From positions 6,176,001 to 6,240,000 of the forward strand of contig OZ001293.3 in NCBI GenBank assembly GCA_963921275.4: 64,000 nt of DNA, written 5' to 3'. Within the stretch, counting starts at the first letter, position 1; every line of letters starts with the position of its first letter. The stretch is from an uncultured Hormoscilla sp. (GTDB lineage Bacteria > Cyanobacteriota > Cyanobacteriia > Cyanobacteriales > Desertifilaceae). The notes under the pieces are model-generated. The model was given only the letters and a program-made list of their open reading frames with translations. It did not search any database and was not told the DNA's origin. The position numbers and the translations under genes were made by a program. Of the stretch, positions 56,808 to 64,000 are shown in pieces.

Positions 56808-58193
56808 ATGCAAGAAATAAAGTATAAAGGATTCTGGTGGCTTCCATCCGATTCCGAGAACAAAGTAGCGGTAGATTTAACCTTTTCTAATTCTAATGGA
56901 ATCAAATTAAACATAATAGGTTCATGGGTTAATCATTGGAATTCATCGATGCTAAACGAGGGGCAATCAGAAACTATTAAAATTATACTAGGCATTTCAG
57001 AAGCGGGAAAACTAATTACTATTTATGACTCCATATTGAAGAATTATGTTTTGCATTCTTCTCCTGGGTTAGATACCCAAAAGTATAGATCCAAAATATT
57101 GTTTATTGACGCTCACTTTACCGATCCTAGTGATATACTATTTTACAAAGCAGAAGTAGATTATAGCTACTTGTCTGACTGGGCTAACCTGCCTGTGCCT
57201 GCTATCAAAGGTCGGGAGTATAATCTTAGTTACACTTATCCAGAAAAAATTAGTGCAAAGATCGCGCAGGGTCAAATATCTGTAGTATACAGATATTCAA
57301 GTGTATATGATTTAAGGCATGTTAGGCTATCTGCCTGCTTGCAAATTGAACCAAAGATGGAATTGTCATTTGAGGATTTTTACTCTCAATTTATTTTCCC
57401 TATTAAAAATTTCTTGACTTTAGCAACTAATAGACCAAATTCGCCGACGAGTGTTCGTTTATATTCCCGAAATGGTACAACCCAAGGCAGTCATGCTCTT
57501 GAGGAAATTCCTATTCAAGCAATCTTTCAAACCGAGTTCCGTGAAAATATAGGTAAAAAATCAAGAGCACTTATACTTTTTTCACTTGAAGACATTAAAA
57601 GTAATTTTAGCCTTGTGATGCAAAAATGGTTCAATGTAGTTAATGAATTGGGCATGGGCAGTCTATGCAATCTTTTTTTTAGCGTTTTTAGCGTTCTTTA
57701 CAGTAAGGAAATGTATGCGGAACATCGGTTTCTCAATCTTGTGCAAGCCGCTGAATTATATCATCGTCTCAAAAAGAATAATCAAGTATTGCCAAAGAAT
57801 GAACATGAATATCGCCGCAATTCGATACTAAATAGTATTCCTGAAGAGCACAAAGAATGGCTAAAGCAAAAACTTGAATTTAGTAATGAGCCAACTCTCA
57901 AAGAAAGATTATCAGATTTAACAAAAGAAGTAATTATACGTTTAATTGATGACCCGGAAAAATGGATAGTAAAAATTAAGAATACCCGAAATTACTATAC
58001 CCACTATAATCAATCTCTTAAGAAAAAAGCAGCTAAAGGTGAGGAGCTTTTTTTGCTTACTCAGGAACTATCTTTTGTCCTACAGACTTGTTTACTTATT
58101 GAGTTGGGATGTTCCCCAGAACGCAGTGCTGAGTTAGTTCAGAAAAACGAGTACTGGAAGTACCGGCAAAGGGTAAAAGAAAATTCCCAATAA
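56808..58193 (+). CDS. ApeA-like HEPN antiphage protein
   Basis: GFWWLP N-terminus, FLNLVQAAE.YH, NEPTLKERL, RNYYTH (RxxxxH); AT-rich, no HIP1 seen. Confidence 0.78.
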   Translation: MQEIKYKGFWWLPSDSENKVAVDLTFSNSNGIKLNIIGSWVNHWNSSMLNEGQSETIKIILGISEAGKLITIYDSILKNYVLHSSPGLDTQKYRSKILFIDAHFTDPSDILFYKAEVDYSYLSDWANLPVPAIKGREYNLSYTYPEKISAKIAQGQISVVYRYSSVYDLRHVRLSACLQIEPKMELSFEDFYSQFIFPIKNFLTLATNRPNSPTSVRLYSRNGTTQGSHALEEIPIQAIFQTEFRENIGKKSRALILFSLEDIKSNFSLVMQKWFNVVNELGMGSLCNLFFSVFSVLYSKEMYAEHRFLNLVQAAELYHRLKKNNQVLPKNEHEYRRNSILNSIPEEHKEWLKQKLEFSNEPTLKERLSDLTKEVIIRLIDDPEKWIVKIKNTRNYYTHYNQSLKKKAAKGEELFLLTQELSFVLQTCLLIELGCSPERSAELVQKNEYWKYRQRVKENSQ

Positions 58194-58570
58194 TTAAGAT
58201 TTAAGCTATAGCTAATTGCCAATGGATAATTGATAATATTCCGTAGGTTGGGTTGACGCCAGGAAACCCAAACCGCAGCATCGAGAGAAACCCAAAACCC
58301 GCTGCGTTGGGTTGAGGAACGAAACCCAACCTACAGTACTAATTAAACCTTACCCCGCAATGCTGCTAATTTTGAGCTAATGGACAAGGGTTGATATCCC
58401 AAGGCAAAGGCTTTAGAACTATCTAAAGAAACATCCGGTGGTCTGGGTGCTGCTATTTGGGTGTCTTGTTGGCGGAACAATTGCGACAAGAACTCCCCCC
58501 TCGCAATGACAATGTGCCCAGTATAACATGTCTTGATGTACTATTATATATAGAGGAAAGAGAATTAACC

Positions 58571-59651
58571 ATGTCTAAAGCAGCAGACGATTTACTGAAA
58601 CAAGGAATAGGGCAATATCAGACCGGTGACGTAGCAGCAGCATTACAGTCTTGGCAGCAAGCCCTGACCCTCTATCGGGAAGCAGACGATCGCAAACGAA
58701 CGGGGGCGGCCTTGGGCAATTTGGGGGCGGCCCATGAGGCCCTGGGAGAGCTGCCAGTCGCCCTAGATTACTATCAGCAGCATCTGGCGATCGCCCAGTC
58801 AATCTCGGACTGGCGGGGACAGGGAAATGCTCTGGAAAATATAGCTAATGTCTACCATAGTTTGGGAGAACTGTCAAGGGCAATAGACTATTATCAGCAG
58901 CGGTTGGCGATCGCCCGAGAACAGTCCGACCTTGAGGCATCCGGCAGGATATTGGGGAACCTGAGATTGACATATAAGGAGATGGGAAATGAGCAGGAGG
59001 CGATGGCCTGTTGCCGGGAACAATGGGCGATCGCGCGGCAGAGGTTTTCCGCAAAAAAAACGGGGGACTTTATGGAAATCGCGGAACAGGTAGGTTTAAA
59101 CCCGATGGAAGACTTCGCGGGGGCGGACCTGAGTGGAATCAACCTGTACTATGCTAACCTAGGCTGGGCAGATTTACGGGAAACAAATTTGAGTAATGCC
59201 GACTTTAGATTAGCAGACCTGAACAATGCGAAATTAAGTAAAGCCAATCTGAGCAATGCCAAGTTAAGTAATGCGAATCTGCGGGATGCCGACCTCAGCT
59301 ATGCAAATATGACGGGAGCAGATTTGCGGTTATCAGAACAACCACTCGCTAAACCAGGAAAGGGAAGAAAAGACAGGCGGCAAGGGCTAACGGAAGTAAT
59401 TCCTATTAAGTCTACCTATGAAAAGGGCCTAGTACCCAGTAGCCGGATGCGGTGAAAATCGCAAGTCCGGTTCCGAAAGGGAGGGTCGGGAAGCGATTCC
59501 CGGCTCGACCCCATCCAAGTTGGTGGGAACTAAACTCAAAGGGGCGTTCCTCAAGGGGGCAAATGTGGAAAAAGTGGACTTCAGAGAAACATCAGGTATT
59601 TCTCAGCAGATGAAAATTGACCTGATGGAGCGCGGGGCGATTTGTGAGTAA
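58571..59651 (+). pseudogene. TPR plus pentapeptide-repeat protein interrupted by an intron remnant
   Basis: TPRs and A(D/N)L repeats; C-terminal KLVGTKLKGAFL...ERGAICE* resumes at 59517 in another frame. Confidence 0.8.
59328..59516 (+). mobile_element. 3' remnant (DIV end, DV, DVI) of a group II intron
   Basis: AGCCGGATGCGGTGAAAATCGCAAGTCCGGTTCC...CTCGACCCCATCC; no 5' domains. Confidence 0.85.
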
Positions 59652-59676
59652 AATGATAAGCAATTCAAAATTCAAA

Positions 59677-60276
59677 ATGGAGAAAGCCACGGCTGTAACT
59701 CGGAAACGTTTTACCAGAGAAGAATATCACCGCATGGGGGATTTGGGATTCTTTGACGATCGGGTAGAATTGATGCGGGGCGAAATTATCCAGATGCCAA
59801 GGAAGCAACCACCCCATTCAGTCTGCAATACCCGTTTGTGGAAGGAGTTATTCCAGCTAGTGGGCGATCGGGCCATTGTGCGGGCAGGAGAACCAATTAT
59901 ATTATCTGCTGATAGCGAACCTCAGCCCGATCTGGTAATAGCACGCGATCGCCCAGACGAGTATTTATCGAGTCATCCCGAACCGGTGGATATCTTCTTG
60001 GTGGTGGAAATTGCAGATGGGACATTGAGTTACGATCGCAACAGGAAGTTATCCATCTATGCTGAAGATGGGATTACAGATTACTGGATATTCAACTTGC
60101 AAGACCAGCAACTGGAAGCATACAGCGAACCCGATCGAGATTTGCAGGGCAAGTTTGGCTATGCTAGCAAGGGTATTTTTTTGCCCGATGCAGTTATTGC
60201 TATCCCCGGTTTCCCCGATCGGACTCTAAATTTAGCGAAAATATTTCCAGGGGAGATGCAGTCAGAGCGATTTTGA
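59677..60276 (+). CDS. Uma2 family endonuclease
   Basis: RVELMRGEI, SEPQPD, YAEDGITDYW. Confidence 0.92.
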   Translation: MEKATAVTRKRFTREEYHRMGDLGFFDDRVELMRGEIIQMPRKQPPHSVCNTRLWKELFQLVGDRAIVRAGEPIILSADSEPQPDLVIARDRPDEYLSSHPEPVDIFLVVEIADGTLSYDRNRKLSIYAEDGITDYWIFNLQDQQLEAYSEPDRDLQGKFGYASKGIFLPDAVIAIPGFPDRTLNLAKIFPGEMQSERF

Positions 60277-60317
60277 GGATAAAATAAGTCATAATCATGA
60301 GGAGGATTGGCAAAGCC

Positions 60318-60701
60318 ATGTCTCAAGCAACCATAACTGATGTTTCCTTAAACCAGACGTTCGATCGACTAGCCCAAATCAGCAAACTGCCACCTAATTG
60401 GGATTCTTATGGCGCAGAACCAGTGTCGTCGGTAGCTGTAGTAAAGGCTTGTCAGCTTGTAGTTAATGTGAAAGAATCATGTTATAATTTGGTGGGAGAA
60501 AAAGTGCTACCCTTTGCGGTGGCACCCCTTGCGGATGGTGGCCTGCAAGTGGAATGGCGAGGAACAATGAATGTTCTGGAGGTCGAAATTAGCCCGAACG
60601 GAGAGTTCGGCTATTTGTCGATCGCAGGAGAAGGAAATAGTCGCAAGTTTGAGGAGAAAGATCCTGCTGACTTGGAAGAATTGCTTTCCCTGGTGTTATA
60701 G
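60318..60701 (+). CDS. Hypothetical protein
   Basis: LPPNWDSYGA, DGGLQVEW motifs; GGAGG upstream. Confidence 0.7.
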   Translation: MSQATITDVSLNQTFDRLAQISKLPPNWDSYGAEPVSSVAVVKACQLVVNVKESCYNLVGEKVLPFAVAPLADGGLQVEWRGTMNVLEVEISPNGEFGYLSIAGEGNSRKFEEKDPADLEELLSLVL

Positions 60702-60859
60702 GCGATCGGCCCCAATATCGCGCTTGCATAAATCCGCCTGGGCAGACTATAATTGTAAGAGGGAAGGAATTCCAGATCGCCGGTTCACCCGATCGGGCTC
60801 TAAATTTAGGGAAAATATTTCCGGGGAGATGCAGTAAACCTTATAGGTCGAGTAGTGAG

Positions 60860-61105
60860 ATGAGTCTGGTTATTTCCGATGAAATTGTGAAAGCAAGTGG
60901 GCTATCAGAAGACGAACTTTTCTTGGAAATTGTTTTGCTGCTCTTTAAGCAGGACAAGATTAGCCTAGGAAAAGCAGCGGAATTGTTAAATATGTCGCAA
61001 ATTCGCTTTCAGCGGTTGATGGCCGATCGGGGTATTTGCGTCCATTATGACGTGGCTGAATTGCAGGAAGATATCCAGCATTTGACTGCAAAGGGGTGGC
61101 TATGA
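60860..61105 (+). CDS. UPF0175-family antitoxin-like protein; partner lost
   Basis: KISLGKAAELL, HYDV..LQED. Confidence 0.85.
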   Translation: MSLVISDEIVKASGLSEDELFLEIVLLLFKQDKISLGKAAELLNMSQIRFQRLMADRGICVHYDVAELQEDIQHLTAKGWL

Positions 61106-61363
61106 TTATGACAATGTTTTTAGTCGGTTTTCAACCGACTTTAGCTATTAGCCGGGGGTTTGAACCCCCGGCGGGGTAACTGCGCAGACTATAATGGTAA
61201 GAGGGAAGAACTTCACTATCGCCAGTTCACCCGATCGGGCTCTAAATTTAGCGAAAGTATTTCCCGGGGAGATATCGGGGGATTGAAATCCCACGTCCAC
61301 AATTCGGTCTGGGCGGACTATAATAGTAGAATCGAAGGACATCACCATCACCATCATGCCCAA

Positions 61364-61785
61364 ATGACTCAGCCACAGCCAAAATCTCAGCCAACCAGAT
61401 CCCAGTCACGTCCAACCCTCGCACAGCAGTCTCCCCCAGCAGGTACGCGGTTGGGTAGGTTGACACAAAAGCTTGTGCGGAACATTTTAGAGGTTGTGGA
61501 TCAGCTATTGTGGGCGGTGATGGGTAAGCTGGGGAGAACAGTTTACGAGTCAATTCAGGATGCGATCGCACTCAGCATCCTTCTGAAACTACCCGGTTTC
61601 ATCGGCGAATTTATTCTCGGAAAAAAATTCTCCGATTTTGGTGTTTGTAACAAAGAGAATCCCTTGTCGAATTTTATGCTTGTTACCTCATCTTCGCCTC
61701 TGACTTTTTGCTTTGTATCGTTCTAGCGGGTCGAATTATTATTCGTTTTTGGAAAGACATCGACATCAAAGATTTGAGAAACTAA
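61364..61785 (+). pseudogene. Hypothetical membrane protein, apparent frameshift near 61675
   Basis: Hydrophobic continuation CYLIFASDFLLCIVLAGRIIIRFW in another frame. Confidence 0.45.
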
Positions 61786-61800
61786 TAGGAGAAACGCGAT

Positions 61801-62481
61801 ATGACAAGAGTCAACAGTGAAACAATTAGTCTTTACGAAGAAGCCAAGGCAGGATTAAGTTCTTTGGTCAAGCAAACGGCTCAGGTTGGTGCGGGTTTTC
61901 TGGTGATGCTGCTGCTAACTGGCGGTCAACCATTAGCCTATATCGTGGGGTTTAGCTTTGTTGGAGGAGTTGCCTTTGTTGCTTGGAGCGAACATAAGCG
62001 GTTGACTAAACCTAACATGCCTTTTTCTGCTACCATATATAAACCCTATGAACAAATTATAGAAGACCAAATTAAGCGCATTATTGAAGCAGAAAAAGAT
62101 AATTTTTATGAGCTTGTGAAAAATGAAGATCTAGATCCCGCTGAAGATTTTGCTGGCGCTAACTTAGTGGGAGTTATTGGCGTTGGTTGCAACATGAGGA
62201 GTTTCAACTTCAGCGGTACAGACTTGAGTGAAGCTGACTTGAGTCGCGCAGATATGAGGGAGGCAAAACTGATGAATGCTAAACTGATACGTGCTAAACT
62301 GATACGTGCAGACCTGAGTCGCGCCGACTTAACAAAAGCTCAACTGATGGATGCTGACCTCAGCTATGCTGATATCAGAAATGCTATCTTAGAGGTCCCC
62401 ATTGAGCCCAGGGTGCAAGCTTATAGCGAAAACGGGTCCCGTGCTCCTACGGTAGCTTGTGCCCAATTAAAACTGCTGTAG
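61801..62481 (+). CDS. Membrane-anchored pentapeptide-repeat protein
   Basis: Two TM segments, EDFAGANL, ADL repeats. Confidence 0.85.
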   Translation: MTRVNSETISLYEEAKAGLSSLVKQTAQVGAGFLVMLLLTGGQPLAYIVGFSFVGGVAFVAWSEHKRLTKPNMPFSATIYKPYEQIIEDQIKRIIEAEKDNFYELVKNEDLDPAEDFAGANLVGVIGVGCNMRSFNFSGTDLSEADLSRADMREAKLMNAKLIRAKLIRADLSRADLTKAQLMDADLSYADIRNAILEVPIEPRVQAYSENGSRAPTVACAQLKLL

Positions 62482-62512
62482 TTGAACTGACCTCTTGTAA
62501 TTTATATTAGAA

Positions 62513-63151
62513 GTGATGAATGCTAGTTTCAGCATGAAACAACCCCTACCGATAATGCCTCAGCCACAGCATGAAAACCGATACCCAGACTGCTTGTGGA
62601 TGGAATTGGAAGCTATCCCAGTTCCATCTCAGCAGCTCGACTTGCCAGTGACCATCAAGTTTAACGAACAGTGGGAGCCGCTGTTGAATGGTCGTGTCAA
62701 GTTTGGCCTGAAGGGTGGAGAACTGAGGCTAAAGCTGAAAAACGGTCAAATTCCCTATAATTGTCGTCATCTAACTGAATCATTTGAGCTTTATATCGAG
62801 AACGAGACAGGGGAAACAGATCCGTTCCAGTCAACTTTGTGTCAGGTAACGACGAATGGTTCGGAGGTAAACCCTGGCTGGGTGTTTGAGCTAAAGATGG
62901 GTTCGCAGGTTTTGAAAGGCTCGCTCCAGAAGAAAAAGCTGGGAACTTTGATGGTAACGGACAACTCTTGCGGGGTGGAAGCAACTTTTGAAGTTTTGCT
63001 GAAATACCTGCATTTAACTGATACTGAGGAACTGTGGCCGCCAAACATCAGCCGCAATAAACGGATAGTTTTGGAGAGGGCGATCGCCAAGCATCTCCTA
63101 CAGTCAAAGTTACAGCCCTATCTCAGTCGGACGGTGTTGCAATATGACTGA
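62513..63151 (+). CDS. Hypothetical protein coupled to a pentapeptide gene
   Basis: FNEQWE...GRVKFGLKGGEL; overlaps the start of the next gene. Confidence 0.75.
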   Translation: MMNASFSMKQPLPIMPQPQHENRYPDCLWMELEAIPVPSQQLDLPVTIKFNEQWEPLLNGRVKFGLKGGELRLKLKNGQIPYNCRHLTESFELYIENETGETDPFQSTLCQVTTNGSEVNPGWVFELKMGSQVLKGSLQKKKLGTLMVTDNSCGVEATFEVLLKYLHLTDTEELWPPNISRNKRIVLERAIAKHLLQSKLQPYLSRTVLQYD

Positions 63152-63740
63152 TGAAGAATCTATCCAGGAACTTCAAGACCTCATCCAGCGGGTTGTCGAG
63201 GCAGAAACAAATGATTTTTCTGAGCTAGCAGAAATTTCTGGTCTAGATATTGCTGAAGATTTTGCGGGTGCAGATCTGAGTAATGCCGACCTGAGCGTTA
63301 GTCTGAGCGGTGCCCTTGCCCTGAGATTTGTTGGTCTGGGCGGTGCCCTGAGCCTTGCCCTGAGAGTTGTTCGTCTGGGCGGTGCCCTGACCTATGGTCT
63401 GACCAATGGTCTGACCGATGGTCTGATCGGTGATCTGAGCGTTGACCTGAGTGATGCCCTCCGGAGGCGTGCCAAACTGAGTAATGCCAACCTGAGGTTC
63501 GCCGACTTGAGGCGTGCCGACCTGAGCAATGCTGACCTGAGCAATGCTGACCTGAGCAATGCCGACTTGAGGCGTGCCGACCTGAGCAATGCTGACCTGA
63601 GCAATGCTGACCTGAGCAATGCCAACCTGAGCAATGCCGACCTGAGCGGTGCAGAAGTAGAAAATGCCCGATTCGGATATAATTCTGGAATTTCTGAGGA
63701 TATGAGACTTTACCTAATTCGACGAGGAGCAATATTTTAG
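63144..63740 (+). CDS. Pentapeptide-repeat protein
   Basis: EDFAGADL, (LSNAD)n, RRGAIF C-terminus. Confidence 0.88.
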   Translation: MTDEESIQELQDLIQRVVEAETNDFSELAEISGLDIAEDFAGADLSNADLSVSLSGALALRFVGLGGALSLALRVVRLGGALTYGLTNGLTDGLIGDLSVDLSDALRRRAKLSNANLRFADLRRADLSNADLSNADLSNADLRRADLSNADLSNADLSNANLSNADLSGAEVENARFGYNSGISEDMRLYLIRRGAIF

Positions 63741-64000
63741 GATTCTTCGGGCGGTTATAAAAGGCGATCGTCCCAAAAATAAGTCCACAAAAATTATGGC
63801 TATCATCCTAAATAAGTTAGATATAATTCGATGATTTCAGCCCGATACAGACCTGCATTTTCTGACAAAATAAACCCTGTTTTTTGACCGATTAAAGGAA
63901 GTCAAGCCACAAAAAAGCGAGATAATGATACTATAATAGCAGAAGTAATCGTGGGGGAAATAGATATGTACCAACCAGTGGCGCCTGCGAAGCTCCTAAC

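Noticed and set aside
56380..56847. The 214-aa minus ORF as a full-length gene
   Set aside because: Only the last ~58 codons are DUF86-like; the rest runs through a repeat and the ApeA promoter region
61340..61357. His6-coding run as vector contamination
   Set aside because: No vector context; lies in native sequence upstream of the likely start codon
63298..63732. Antisense Cys/His-rich repeat ORFs
   Set aside because: Shadow frames of the pentapeptide repeats

Overview
Cyanobacterial chromosome segment (dense HIP1 GCGATCGC sites and short tandem repeats suggest a filamentous lineage) with heavy genome decay. (1) 1-4.9 kb: HIP1-free cluster of chorismate mutase-like protein, MoaD/CysO-type sulfur carrier, JAMM protease, isochorismate synthase (one nonsense codon) and fused TrpE(G), ending at a possible transposon end. 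(2) 6-18 kb: sugar ABC transporter, ICL/PEP-mutase family enzyme, TSUP transporter, NMT1-type ABC transporter and cytosine deaminase. (3) 20-40 kb: surface-polysaccharide genes (GT2/GT4, rfbA, sugar transferase, gmd, fcl), a dead RT-encoding group II intron, and a GAF-LOV-PAS-GGDEF-EAL gene broken by an ORF-less intron and two IS982 copies. (4) 40-64 kb: toxin-antitoxin/defence-rich region (Uma2, MNT-HEPN, PIN, DUF29, CARF-RelE-like pseudogene, ApeA-like HEPN), tRNA-Leu(TAG) and pentapeptide genes. The most striking feature is eight group II introns or remnants, most ORF-less. They include a three-intron nested complex (47364-50212) and an intron whose splicing would restore a HEPN reading frame. 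All calls are from reading the sequence; no searches were run.
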